Counted from the first letter of the stretch, positions 38,901 through 57,784 are shown. The stretch: DNA of 64,000 bases from Eledone cirrhosa (GCA_964016885.1 OZ024742.1:102238001-102302000), one strand, 5' to 3'. Notes: a model not told the origin generated them from the letters alone. Program-made: numbers and translations.

Positions 38901-38966
38901 GATTACAACAAGCTGAATTCTGTCTCGGTGCGGCACGCGTCACTGTATTGATTAAGTTTGTCCCTA
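38901..38966 (-). other. Candidate 66-nt internal exon (unverified)
   Basis: TATATTTTCAG acceptor and weak GTAAAC donor. Phase 1-1 reading is GTNLINTVTRAAPRQNSACCN. Confidence 0.2.
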
Positions 38967-39212
38967 CTGAAAATATATACACCATCCCACCATCCCACCA
39001 TCCCACCATCCCACCATCCTATGCCTGTGTCTACTAGTGACCACCTACTAGTCTAAAGGTCCTCTACACACCTTCCATTCAATGGTCCTAGACCGGTTTT
39101 TTCTTATCGAATGTCTCCCTCGCCCTTTCACCCACCTCTCTCACTCTCTCTACAGATATATATATATATGTATGTATGTATGAATGTATGAATGTACGTA
39201 TGTATGTACGTA

Positions 39213-39245
<33 letters not shown>

Positions 39246-39377
39246 TTCGTTTCTGAATTTGTTTAGCAAGATTCTTTATCTGAAAACGTGTGTTGAAGAT
39301 GGCGAAACAAGATGGCGAAACAAGATGACGTAGGACAGAACAAAGGAGAGGCACAAAAACAAAGAAAAGAATCCCCA

Positions 39378-39420
39378 GTCACTGAAGAGGTCACAGAATG
39401 TGTGACGAAAGAACTTTGAC
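39378..39420 (+). ncRNA. Minimal type-I hammerhead ribozyme in pLTR-like island 39246-39570
   Basis: gtca CTGAAGA g gtcac-agaatgt-gtgac GAA AGAACT T tgac. Confidence 0.8.
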
Positions 39421-39563
39421 AATATATAAACAACCATCTGGTTGTGGAACCAACCAACCAACCGAAAATTTATAAATTCCTAAATTTATAAATTTATTAT
39501 AATAAATTGAAGTGAAAGCTACTGGTGCGTGTGTTTCTTATTGGCAACATGACCCTCCCAAAG

Positions 39564-39628
<65 letters not shown>

Positions 39629-39678
39629 ATATAAGTATGTAAGAGTGGGAAATGAAATTTCGTTTCATTTTTTCCGTT

Positions 39679-39837
<159 letters not shown>

Positions 39838-40088
39838 CAGGGGTACTTAGTACCTGTGGCGATATTAACTTCTTTTAATTTTCTCCGTTATGTAGAGAAC
39901 AAATCTGTTGTTCTATTTAGCTGCTATTTTTAGTGGCGAGATAGACAACACGTCTATGTTTACTTCCGCTTCTACTAAGGGCTGGTTCATGCATAGGTCA
40001 AATTTTTGGCCCCATTCGATCCTGTGCTAGCTGGCAGATGGCAATATATTTTGCCGTTCCCGGGACTTTTTGTCCTAGGAAAGGAAAA

Positions 40089-40171
40089 TGCTTTCTGATG
40101 ATCTAAACTTTCCTTTGAAGATTTCTAGGGATCTCCAATCTTTTGTGAAGTGAAACCGTTCGGTAAAAGCA
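40089..40171 (+). ncRNA. Type-I hammerhead ribozyme with irregular stem II
   Basis: tgcttt CTGATGA ... GAA ACCGTTCGGT A aaagca: perfect 6-bp stem I. Confidence 0.75.
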
Positions 40172-40252
40172 ATAGGAATAGGTAAATATTTAAATTATAT
40201 TTTTTTATTTATTTTAAAAAATTGTTTGAATTTTGTTTGCTCCGCTTACCTC

Positions 40253-40393
<141 letters not shown>

Positions 40394-40544
40394 TGGTGAG
40401 ATTGGAAATAGCACTGAAAATATATTTAAGGGTTTGTTTTTCTTTTTTTCCCATTTCTTTGGTTCGTCAAAGTGGCATTATTGGAAAAATGAGAGGGACA
40501 ACTCTTTAAAAAAAAGAGTTTTATAATGTATATGAAGTATATAA

Positions 40545-40592
40545 AGTATTACCGGTTTCGATGTATTAGTAAAATTTATCTTATCAAATGTT
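40545..40592 (-). ncRNA. Hammerhead variant (U3-A8 core) with eroded stem I
   Basis: at TTGATAA gat...atc GAA ACCGGT A at. Confidence 0.6.
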
Positions 40593-40685
40593 GAGTATTA
40601 CAATTAAAAAGAATTGATAAGGATTAAAAATTAAAAATTAAAGATTTAAAATTAAGAGGTAAGCTGTTTTCATCTTCCTTGTTGA

Positions 40686-40724
<39 letters not shown>

Positions 40725-40858
40725 AAGTTATATTTAAAATTGTTGGGTTACAACTAGTAAATATTTATAACTGATATAAAAGCACTCGACAAATACTTGG
40801 AGTATATTTACAATATTAAATATTAAATATTTAATATTTACAATATTAAATATTTAAT

Positions 40859-40902
<44 letters not shown>

Positions 40903-40904
<2 letters not shown>

Positions 40905-41705
40905 AATGAATATATGAGGGATGAACACCTATACAATTATACATGTGTTCGAATTGCAAATGACCAAGTTAGCTAGGTTGAAAAATACTAATTTAACATA
41001 ATATTGTTTGCCTGTCTCGATTTAAAATAATAAATCAATAAAAATAACAAACCTCTATTGGCAACCTAGCTAACTTGGTCATTTGCAATTCGAACACATG
41101 TATAATTGTATAGGTGTTCATTCCTCATATATTCATTTGTATTACACGGCTCAGAAATATTCCCTTCTTTGAGCTATTTAATTGCAAAAGACTATTTCGA
41201 GTTTATAACTCAATATATAATATTCTCGGCTCCATACGTAGAGCTAATTTTAGTCCCATAAAATCGACTGATATTTTTAGCGGCACGAGTATGGGACGAG
41301 TTAGGCGCTGGGACACGTGCGTTCAACAACACGTATTTCTCAGTCTTCTTAAGTATTCTGAAATAATTGATACGAATTTTCCTGGATACCCGCAGCAGAG
41401 CACAGGAATAGTAACTTTCACTTAATTGTTGCGAAACAAATTTAGAATTTGTCGGGGTATCACGGCCATTGCCAATATAGGTTTGTTATTTTTATTGATT
41501 TATTATTTTAAATCGAGACAGGCAAACCATATTATTTTAAATTAGTATTTTTCAACCTAGCTAACTTGGTCATTTGCAATTCGAACACATGTATAATTGT
41601 ATCGATGTTCATCCCTCATATATTCATTTATATTACACGGCTCGGAAATATTCCCTTCTTTGAGCTATTTAATTGTAAAAGACTATTTCGAGTTTATAAC
41701 TCAAT
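40903..41705. mobile_element. Inverted + tandem pLTR-like element (491-bp period)
   Basis: 40903-41063 is inverted relative to ~41469-41630. CAACCTAGCTAAC direct repeats start at 41062 and 41553. Confidence 0.8.
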
Positions 41706-41827
41706 ATTTGATATATATATATATATATAAACCTAGCATTTCGAGCCACCTTTTTCCACATAAAACAGAAGTAACATTCGAACATCAACCAGATGCGAGA
41801 AAAACCACAAACCTTCCATCTCAATTC

Positions 41828-41867
41828 TACTTTTGAAAATTATAAGAACTGCGAAACCGGTAAAGGA
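41828..41867 (+). ncRNA. Degenerate hammerhead (U3-A8 core) with stem II lost
   Basis: tactt TTGAAAA ... GAA ACCGGT A aagga. Confidence 0.45.
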
Positions 41868-41925
41868 ACCAAATAAATATTCTTAAAAAGACTCCAGTTG
41901 CATTTTCTATTTCATCACCTTTTTT

Positions 41926-41993
<68 letters not shown>

Positions 41994-42224
41994 CGAGAGA
42001 GAGAGAGAGAGAGAGAATTAGAATTTAGCTTCGAATATAGCTGTATGCAAATATGTATTTGAATTTCGTATTTCTAAATAAGCATTTAGAAAGCCATAGC
42101 TATGAATAACACACTAGCAGATAACACCACCAGGTGGTGCCCGGCAGAAGCAAGGGGGGACAATCGTTGATTGTACATCGAGTTCTTAGTTTGGTACCAA
42201 CACCTATAATTCACTGAATCACGT

Positions 42225-42345
42225 ACAGCAAAACACATTAAAACAGAAACATACCATAAATTCAAAAAGTCTTTGGACAAATTCCAGATAAACCTCCTAC
42301 ACCCGGATATGTCTCCGTAAACAATAACTCTCTACTTGAGTGAAC
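42225..42345 (+). pseudogene. C-terminal relic of a non-LTR retrotransposon ORF2
   Basis: KHIKTE..KFKKSLDKF / IPDKPPTPGYVSVNNNSLLE resembles LINE ORF2 tails; clade uncertain. Confidence 0.6.
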
Positions 42346-42908
42346 CATGGTGTCCAAATCCTGATTTGAAAGACTTCACCAGTTGTTGGGGGCCAAAAGT
42401 TATCTCTGGTCTTATCTTTTATTTATTGTTGACCAATCTACGTTTTAAAAAAGTTGTTTTTCTTCTACTAATACTTCATAATAAATAACATCAGACATTT
42501 CTTCTGATTCTGGACCATAACATTGGTCACCAATTGCCCTTAATGTCGATTTCCATTTTTTTTTTTTGGGGGGGGGGGCGCAAAGCTGACTGGTACTTTA
42601 TTTTATCAACCCGGAAGGTTGACAGGCAAAGTTGACCTCGGTGGGATTTGAACTCAGTGTAAAGAATTGGAACAAATACTGCAAACCATTCTGTTCGACG
42701 CTCTAACGATGTTGCTGATCCCTCGACCTCAATAGCCAGTAATGTTACCGAGGGATTTCACAAGATGACCGCTGGTGGGCATAGCCAAGCTGGAACCCGG
42801 GTAATATACGTCAAAATATTACAGTATCAAGTAACGTAAGAATGTGGAAGGCTGTTGTTATTGATGTATGCATTAGACAAATCTCTGTTACAAACACATA
42901 CGGACAAC

Positions 42909-43069
42909 CAAGGACCTATGAGAGGGGGGTCCAGCTGGTACTTTGTTCCGGGGCCCAAGAGCTAAGAAGGTCCCACAGCAACCATGCAACATTTTGAGAA
43001 AAATCTTTGCCTACTTCGGACCCCAAAGGGGACTTGTACCGCCTTGCAAAATTTCTCTTGGAGGCTCTG
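42909..43069. mobile_element. hAT-type MITE
   Basis: 8-bp TSD CGGACAAC at 42901-42908 and 43070-43077, CA...TG termini, internal GGGGCCC motif. Confidence 0.75.
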
Positions 43070-43526
43070 CGGACAACAACATCTACCATTTAGAATATAG
43101 AATTGTGTTTTCTGTAATTCGGTATGAAATATTTTCAAATAGGCGATAGATTAGCAGAATTTGTTGAGCATCGGATAAAATGAGATTGCGGCGTTTGTTT
43201 TGACTCTTTACATTCTGAGTTCAAAATCCTGTCACAGTCAACTTCGCCTTTCATCCTTCCGCGGTCGGTAAAATAAAGTACAAGTAAAGTACTGGGATTG
43301 ATTTAATCAGCTTTGCTCTTTCCCCCAAATTTGCTGGCCTTGTGTCTAAATTAGACATCAATAGTGATGGGCTTCTTAATAAATACCAGAAGTGAAACCC
43401 TCTTTTGTTGACACTGATGACGGCATAGTCTTTCGGAAGGGATTTAAACGTGTTTTTGTTTTTGCTCCTTTTTTTCCTCTCTATCAAACGTTTGTAGATT
43501 CCCAAATTCGATAATCTTAAATAGTG

Positions 43527-43527
43527 A

Positions 43528-43613
<86 letters not shown>

Positions 43614-43702
43614 CTTTTCTTCCTTTCTTTCTTTTTCTTTCTTTAGTTCTTTCTTTCTTTCGTTCTTTCTTTCGTTCTTTCTGTCTTTCGTTCTTTCTTT
43701 CC

Positions 43703-43764
<62 letters not shown>

Positions 43765-43765
43765 C
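43527..43765. repeat. (CTTT)n tetranucleotide
   Basis: Read directly. Confidence 0.95.
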
Positions 43766-46080
43766 GTTTATTGATTTAATAAAATCAATGCCAAGTACCA
43801 GTTAATCGACATGATGATATTAGTTAGTCCTATGTTAACCTTTATCGCGCAGACTTACAATATAAGGTATTCCAGCCGTGACCATCCTCGTCTTTTACTG
43901 CGACATAGCTTATTGATGACTACATTCTGTAATGTATCCTCTTAGTGGGATTATGGGTGGCGTGCCGGAAGTAACAGGAGGGGCAACGTCACGTGAGCGG
44001 AAGGATAAATTTGGCGGCTAAGTCGAGAGACCATGTAGTCTGCCCCGTTGACTCGCTCTATTGTTAGCTCAATCAATATCATCATCATCATCACCACCAC
44101 CACCACCACCACCACCACTACCACCGCCATCATAATAATCATCATCATCATATTACATCCGGTTTTCCATACTCGCATGGGTTTGACAGGTCCTTTCTTA
44201 CACAGCCTTCCTCCAGTCGGAGCGTTGCTAATTTTATCTGACACGCGTGTAAAAAAAGCTGTAAACAGTTGATATATATTAAATCTATCAATTCAGGGTT
44301 GGTCTTATTGATTGGGGCTAGTCGTTAAAATGTCCATGTTATTTGTCTATTCAACAGGTCTTGGTTTTTTTGTCAGGGGTTCTTAATCTTTTCCTTGTTC
44401 ATTTACCAATTCATTTTCCATATTTAGTCCTTACATAAGAACAAAGTGGTCTTGTATACAATGCAGTAACATTTACGGTCATATATTGGTTTCTAAAATA
44501 GGAACAAGACCAGTAATTTGAGGAGGGTAGGGTCGATTATATCAACCCTAGTACTTGACTAGAACTTTATTTTACCGACTCTGGAAAGATGAAAGGTGAA
44601 GTTGACCTCTGTGGGATTTGAACTCAAAATATAAAGAGCCGGAACAAATAAAAAGAACGGAACAAATATAAAGAACGGTGCGAACAACAATAAAGATATT
44701 TTACAACCTAAAAACCAATTTTTAAGCAAAATCCTTCAATCTCCTCTTTGGAAACTTGAAGTATCTCACCGGATAAGGAGGGAGAGGGGTATACTATCTC
44801 TCATATAAAAAAAGTGTGGATTTATGCAAAACGAATTGAAATATCTACATTTGACAATCAACAATGGCTCAGGACACGAATCGTGAAAATCTTACAAGTA
44901 GTCTACTTATTAAGGAAGGGACACTGTCGGTTTTGATGATAATAGTTCCAGTTGTTTGATAAACGGACGAGACTGCTCGTGAAATTAATGTGTAGGGTTC
45001 AGCCTGCTCATGAAATAAACCTGTTGATGGCTGAACATTCCACAGACACGAGTACTCTTAACGTAATTCTCAGAGATTCAACGTGACACTATATGACAAA
45101 TCTAACCCTTTGAATTACAATTGCAGTTCATTCGATGAGCTTCCAAAAGTTTCCATTTTACCAAATTTCACTGACAACGCATGGGTCGAACCAAAGCTGT
45201 GGTAAATGACCCTTGTCCAGGATGTGACGCTGTAAAATCCAACTCGGGACCTAATGATTGTGAAACACAAAAGATGGAAAGTAATACAATAATATAAGAG
45301 AAAACAGTAAATTTTCTACCCTAGATTCGAGACCATCCTATTAAACAACGTCTGGTCATGTGAGAGGATTAAGTTACATTGAAGAAGCTGTACAAAATAA
45401 ATAGCTTTAGAAGCGTATGGATTCAGACGGATTATATTGGAAGTTTGATGTATAGAAAAGTTAACTAAAATGCCAAACTTATACATTGATACGTAAAAAG
45501 ATACGATTATAATTGTACAGTGAATTGGCAGAGTTGTTAGAACGTCGGATATAATGCTTTTAGGGCATTCGTTCCGCTTCTCTGCGCTCTGAGCTCAAAA
45601 CCCACCGAGGACAACTTTCATCCTTTTGAGGTCGATAAAAAGGTACGAGTCCAATACGGGGGTCGATTCTTCCTCTATATGGTTTTCTCACTTCATATCT
45701 ATCTATCTACCCCACACTCTCTGGAAGAAATCAGTTGTATTCATTACAACCTTGAGAGAGTATGGGTTTCGCCCTTTTAGAACGTCCAAGACACCGTCTA
45801 TGTCACTACGCCCCCAGCAAACGGCTCCACCATACATACCATAACAACTGCGGAATTGTTTAACAATCGCAAGAAAATTCAAATTATTTTTATTTTGTTT
45901 TTGTTTGTTTACCATATCCAAAAAATGTGTGTGAGGTAGATACGTTATCGTAGATTTGTGAGTTGTACTGTAGCATAAGATACATCTGTGAATAATAAAG
46001 GTGTAATAACTGTCTAGAGTATTTTATGCAGCAGGGATGTCCTTGAACAGATTTGTAGGCGCATGTCTTAGAGGTTAGAG

Positions 46081-46412
46081 TAGCGTTTCTCGACCGGTGT
46101 TCCTCGAGACCCTAAGGTTCCGCAAAAGGTCGCTAGGGGTTCCGCGAAAACAGTAATAAATAAGATAATGCATTTAGATATTAATAATTGCTTCTACTCT
46201 TGGCACAAGGCCAGCAATTATCCCAGTGCATTACTGGTACTTTATGTTATCGACCTCGTAAGGATGAAAGGCAAAGTTAACCTTGGCGGGATTTGAACTC
46301 AGACCATAAAGGGCCGTTAATAATGGCATATAATAATTTTTATGAAGGGGTTCCCCAAGACATGAGAGCTATTTAAAAAATTCCATAAGGCTAAAAAGGA
46401 TGAGAAACGCTT
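46081..46412. mobile_element. hAT-Charlie-like MITE, nested in a CORE-like SINE and containing a family A SINE
   Basis: TIRs TAGCGTTTCTC / GAGAAACGCTT. TSD GGTTAGAG at 46073-46080 and 46413-46420. Inner SINE ~46190-46316 is flanked by TTAATAAT. Confidence 0.85.
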
Positions 46413-46809
46413 GGTTAGAGTATTCGATTCTCGGCAGTGCGTTATGTCCTTGAGTAAGACACTTTATTTGACGTTGTTCCAGTCAACACAGCTAATAAAA
46501 TTAAATTGTACCTGTATCCAAAGAGGCGGCCATCTCACGCTATATTTCAGGCTATTGTCCTGAGAATTACGTTAAGGGTACACGTGTCTGTGGGATGTTC
46601 AGCCATTTCTACGTTATTTTCACGAGCACATTTATTGAATCAGCTGGAACATTCATCATCTGAGCCGACAGAGGTCTAACACACTTCGATACCTTACGCG
46701 ATGTAAAGTTCCAGTTAATATCTGACCAAATTTTAATTAGTTCAGAAAAGCAAGGAATCTCGCATCGTTATCTGAATAAACATACAAACCTAGTGTGTAA
46801 TGAAATGCG

Positions 46810-47690
46810 CTTCCGTCGGTTTTGACGATGAATGTTCCAGTTGCGCGATTCTCTTGAAATTAACGTGTAAGCGGCTGAGCATTCCCCAGACACGTGCACT
46901 TTAAACGTAATTTTCAGGGAGTTGACTTCGGTGAGATTGAACACAAAACATAAAAAGACGGAACAAATTCAAAAAATCGTTATGTCCAGTGTTCTAACGA
47001 TTCTGCCAAATACCCGGCTTTAACAACAGCACGACAACAACGACTACTAAGGAATAATGATTTCTACTTTAGGCACAAGGGCAGCAATTTTAGGGGAGGA
47101 GAAAGTCGATTAAATCGACCCCAGTGCGTAACTGGAGCTTTATTGTATCGACCCCGTAAGGATGAAAGGAAAAGTTAACCTCAGCGGGATTGAACTCAGA
47201 AGGTAAAGGACCGTAACTCTATACTGCAAAGAATGTTGCCAAGCTCTCTACCGATACTGCCAAACCACCGGAATAATGGTTTCTAATTCAGACACAAGGC
47301 CAGCAATTTTGAGGTGAGCGAACAGTCCATTATATCGAATCCCCGTACTTAACTGGTACTTTATTTTATCCACCTCGGAACGCTTAAAGGCAAAGTTGAC
47401 CTCTCTGGGATTTGAACTCAGAATGGAAAAAGCCATAACTAAATAATTGTTTCTACTTTTGGCACAATACCAGCAATTACCCAGTACATTACTGGTACTT
47501 TATTTTATCGACCCCCGTAAGGATGAAAAGCACAGTTAACCTCGGCGGGATTTGAACTCAGACCGTAAAGGGACGTAACTATGCTAGTAAGCAACTATGC
47601 TAGTAAGCATGGCGTCCGACCCTCCACGCTTTCCATAACTAAATAACGCAAGGCATTTTGTCGGACGCTCTACCGACACTGCGACAGCCT
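46810..47690 (-). mobile_element. Cluster of same-orientation SINEs (one family B piece, about five family A pieces)
   Basis: Repeated GCACAAGGCCAGCAATT..CTGGTACTTTATTTTATCGACC..TGAACTCAGA. Confidence 0.8.
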
Positions 47691-47784
47691 TTCTTGTATA
47701 TAATAAGAACGACACGACGTAAGACAAGTTTCCTGACAAGTAATTATTGCAGTTAAAATATTCATCAAGGTTTAAGACCTGAGT

Positions 47785-47840
47785 GTTGTGTGTGTGTGTG
47801 TACATGAGTACGTGTGTAAGTGTATGTGTATATACATGAA

Positions 47841-47887
<47 letters not shown>

Positions 47888-47924
47888 ATGAGTACGTGTG
47901 TAAGTGTATGTGTATATACATGAA

Positions 47925-47991
<67 letters not shown>

Positions 47992-48294
47992 ATGAGTACG
48001 TGTGTAAGTGTATGAGCATGTGTAAATGTATCTGAGTGTGTGTATGTGTGTGTATGTGTGTGTATGTGTGTGTACATGAGTAAGGGTATGTGCGTGTGTA
48101 AGTGTATGAGCACGGGTAAATGTATGCATGTGTGTGTGTGAGCAAGTGTGTGAGAGTCTGTGTGCGTGTGTGAGTGTATGTGTGTGTGCACATGAGTACA
48201 TGTGTAAGTGTATGTGTATATGTAAATGCATGTGCGTGTGTGTGAGTATCAGTATGAGTATGTGTGTGTATGTGAGTGAGTATCTGTGAGTATT

Positions 48295-48335
<41 letters not shown>

Positions 48336-48439
48336 AGTATATATATGTGTGTTTGTGAGTATCTGTGTGAGTATGTGTATGTATGTCAGTATCTGTGTGA
48401 GTATATATGTGTGTGTATGTGTGTGTGTATCTGTGTGAG

Positions 48440-48471
<32 letters not shown>

Positions 48472-49056
48472 AGTATCTGTGGGAGTATATATATATGTGT
48501 GTGTGTGTGTGTGTTTGAGTATCTGTGTGAGTATATATGTGTGTGTATGTGTGTGTGTATCTGTGTGAGTATATATATATGTGTGTGTGTGTGTTTGTGT
48601 ATCTTTGTGAGTATATATATATATGTGTGTGTGTGTGTGAGTATCTGTGGGAGTATATATATATGTGTGTGTGTGTGTGAGTATATGTGTGAGTATATGT
48701 GTGTGTATGTGTGTGTATCTGTGAGTGTGTGTGTGTGAGTGCGTGTGTGTGTGTGTGAGTGTGTGTGTGAGTGTGTGTGTGTGAGTATCTGTGTGTGAGT
48801 GTGTGTGTGTGAGTGTGTGTGTGTGAGTGTGTGTGAGTGTGTGTGTGAGTGTGTGTGAGTGTGTGTGTGTGTATATGTGTGAGTGTGTGTGTGTGAGAGT
48901 GCGAGTGTGTGTGTGTGTGTGAGTGTGTGTGTGTGTGTGTGTGAGTATCTGTGTGAGTGTGTGTGTGTGAGTGTGTGTGTGAGTGTGTGTGTGAGTATCT
49001 GTGTGAGTGTGTGTGTGTGTATATGTGTGAGTGTGTGTGTGTGAGAGTGCGAGTGC

Positions 49057-49089
<33 letters not shown>

Positions 49090-49398
49090 TATCTGTGTGA
49101 GTGTGTGTGTGAGTATCTGTGTGAGTGTGTGTATTGGTGAAGGTGAGTGTAAGGCCTATGTGTGAATGAAACGCGGGAAAATGTAATTACTCGCTGACAT
49201 TTCTCTGGACTTATCTTAGGTAAATTTTTACAATATTTACACACACACACACATTCAGACATACATACACATACTTACACACACACATACATACACACAC
49301 ACACATTCAAACACACACACACACACACACATATTCAGACATACATACACACACACACACACACATTCAAACATACATACACACACACACACATTCAG

Positions 49399-49429
<31 letters not shown>

Positions 49430-49556
49430 CATTCAGACATACATACACATACTTACACACACACATTCAGACATACATACACATACACACACACACACAT
49501 TCAGACATACATACACATACTTACACACACACATTCAGACATACATACACATTCAG

Positions 49557-49596
<40 letters not shown>

Positions 49597-50020
49597 TCAG
49601 ACATACATACACACACACACAGACACACAAATATATTCGCATACACACACACAGACACACACAGACTTACTCTCACACAAACGCACACAGACATACTCGC
49701 ACACAAACACACACATAGACATACTCTCACATACACACACATAGACACACACAGACTTACTCCCACACAAACACACACAGACTTACTCTTACATACACAC
49801 ACACAGACACACACAGACATACTCTCACATACACACACATAGACACACACAGACTTACTCCCACACAAACACACACAGACTTACTCTTACATACACACAC
49901 ACACACAGACACACACAGACATACTCTCACATACACACATATAGACACACACATACTTACTCTCACAGAAACACACACACACAGACTTACTCTCACATAC
50001 ACACACACAGACACACAAAG
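47785..50020. repeat. Compound (TG)n then (CA)n derived arrays
   Basis: Read directly; a ~100-bp unique island at 49132-49238 separates the two polarities. Confidence 0.95.
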
Positions 50021-50138
50021 CACAGCCTGGTTGGCGGTCTGACCCGGTTAAAATAATTATAGGTATAAAAGTAAAATTACTTATGAGGGGGAGATGTCCT
50101 TACTGCGACAACTAAAATATTTTTACACTTTTACTCCT

Positions 50139-50169
<31 letters not shown>

Positions 50170-50203
50170 GATATATATAGATAGATATATGTATAGATAT
50201 ATG

Positions 50204-50268
<65 letters not shown>

Positions 50269-50770
50269 CGAAGGAAATGTGGTAAGGAACCAGATGGACC
50301 ATAACGCACCAAAGTACTCAATACTTAGGGTAGTAGAGTGGGTAATTCTGGACTAAATCATTTTAGTCCAGAATTAGCCGTCGAAACGGCTTGAGCTCAG
50401 CCGTCGGGGTCCTACTTATTCCTATATACATATTAGTAAAAAGGAAAAGAAAATGATGACAAATTTTTCCCAGTGAAAAATAGTTTAATTAGGAATAAGT
50501 ATAAATTAGTAATAAGTATTAGTTAGTATTTAGTTTTAGTTTTAAGGTTTTACCGGTTGCGCAAGATATATATATGTATAGATATAGCTATATAGATATA
50601 TATAGAGAGAGATGGGGGAATGGCTTCTACGGGACTAGAAGTGTTTCATTCGAAGGAAATCATGATGATTTCCTTCGAATACTATGTATTGAGTACCTTA
50701 CTTACTATGGTTACACCCGATTGAACCCGGGATACACACACACACACACACACACATACACACACACACA

Positions 50771-50802
<32 letters not shown>

Positions 50803-50969
50803 TACATATATGTATATGTGTAGATTCCCGAGCTGTGTCGGGGGGGGGGGGTAACCAAAGTTTAAAAAGGTACTCAAGGTACATTGGTAGAGCATCAGTA
50901 TTTTTTTTTTTTAATATAGAATATGACTTCTACAGGACTAGAACTGTTTCATTCGTATGAAATGATCAG

Positions 50970-51100
50970 GTCTTCGAATTACAGGTGCAACTCATTTTTG
51001 GCAGCTGAGTGGAGTGGAACAACGCGAAATAAAGTGTCTTGTTCAAGGAATCAAACTCACGAGCTTTCGATTGTGAGCCGAATACCCTAACCACAAAACC
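50970..51100 (-). mobile_element. CORE-like family B SINE
   Basis: CAGCTGAGTGGAGTGGAACAACGCGAAATAAAGTGTCTTGTTCAAGGA. Confidence 0.75.
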
Positions 51101-51163
<63 letters not shown>

Positions 51164-51220
51164 TGCGCGCGTGCGTGTGTGTGTATGTGTGTGTGTGTGC
51201 GTGCGTGCGTGCGCGCGCGT

Positions 51221-51265
<45 letters not shown>

Positions 51266-51385
51266 TGTGTGTGTGTGTGTGTAAAACAACCGAAACTACA
51301 AAGACACTCAGAAGGCAGCTGACGAGTTGGAATTTTCAATGTCTCCGTCTTCTCCAAGTCTTCCGAGCTACTTGTTTTCCTACGT

Positions 51386-56258
<4,873 letters not shown>

Positions 56259-57560
56259 GAATCAATGGCCGAGCTAGAGAAGAAATTCCAAACATGGAAG
56301 CACGGCCTAGAATCAAAAGGCCTTAAAATTAACCTAGCTAAGACTAAAGTTCTAGTTTGTAAGAAAGAAAATAAGGCGGCGGTCCCCTCCGGGAAGTGGT
56401 CATGCGCAGAGTGTAGGAAAGGCGTAGGTAGAAATTCCATTTTGTGTCCCAAATGCAAAGTTTGGGTGCATAAAAGATGTAGTGGGATCACAGGTAAGCT
56501 AACTAAGAACATAGATTTTACATGTGGCCGGGTGTTCTGGGGATATAAGTAGCAGCAAGTGCCCACAAAATACTAGCTCTTTCAACTGCGCAGAGGGTTC
56601 TATAGAAATAGTGGACAGCTTCCGTTACCTGGGTGACAAAATCAGCAGTGGGGGGAGGGTGCTCTGAAAGTACAGTAGCTAGAGTCAGAACTGGGTGGAA
56701 AAAGTTCAGAGAGCTTATACCACTATTAGCCGCTAAAGGGTTCTCCCTAAAAATGAAAGGCAGGCTGTACGATGCCTGCATACGAACAGCAATGTTGCAT
56801 GGCAGTGAGACCTGGGCATTGTGTGCGGAGGATATACGCAGACTAGAGAGAAACGAAGCTTGCATGCTCCGCTGGCTGTGTAATAGTAATATACGTGAAC
56901 GACAAAGCAATAAACGAACTAAGGAAAAAATTAGAAATAAGAGGGATCAGATGTTGTTTACTAGAGAGAAGGCTACGTTGGTATGGTCACGTGATGCGCA
57001 TGAAGGATGATAGCTGTATAACAAAGTGCAGGGCAATAAAGATAGACGGTAGCCGCGGAATAGGCAGACCCAGAAAAACCTGGGACGAGCTGATAAACAC
57101 CGACCTCACACACTTACACCTCACCAAGACAGTGTCGCTGGACCGAGACCTTTGGCGGTACTCAGTAATAGAGAAGACCCGCCTTGCCAGTAGGCATCTC
57201 TAACAAAATACACCCCGTCCCACCACTACAAACCCCCACCCCCATCCACACCACCCCGTTCTATGTAAAGTTATGTTGGTGCCGCGCCATCCAGGCCGAA
57301 ACAAATGAGATCGTGTAGGTTGTCACGACAAAAAACACACAGTCCACGCTGTAATGTGGCCGTGTAGGCAACACGGTATAAAACCCTCCCAGACCCACAC
57401 TGTAAATGTGGTTGGTGTTAGGAAGGGCATCCAACTGTAGAAAACCTGCCAGACAGTCCTATGCGAGCAAGACAATCACTCTTGCCTCAAGTGGGACTAC
57501 CCCCCGTCCAAACCCATGCAAGCATGGAACACGGACGTTTAAACGTTGATGATGATGATG

Positions 57561-57566
<6 letters not shown>
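56259..57566 (+). mobile_element. 5'-truncated RTE-clade LINE with (GAT)n tail
   Basis: [10 protein letters not shown], Cys-rich insert CAEC..CPKC..HKRC, FRYLG, MLHGSETW, RRLRWYGHVMR and GRPRKTW; 3' UTR ends in (GAT)n. Confidence 0.95.
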
Positions 57567-57606
<40 letters not shown>

Positions 57607-57643
57607 ATATATATATATTGTATATATATATATATATATATAT

Positions 57644-57712
<69 letters not shown>

Positions 57713-57726
57713 ATATATATTGTATA

Positions 57727-57759
<33 letters not shown>

Positions 57760-57761
57760 TG

Positions 57762-57784
<23 letters not shown>

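Larger units (their letters stand above)
42585..45670. mobile_element. Scattered SINEs (family A at ~42585 -, 43141 +, 44490 -, 45520 +; family B pieces 44925-45265; RTE-like tail 44130-44190 -)
   Basis: Family-diagnostic motifs as above. Confidence 0.7.
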
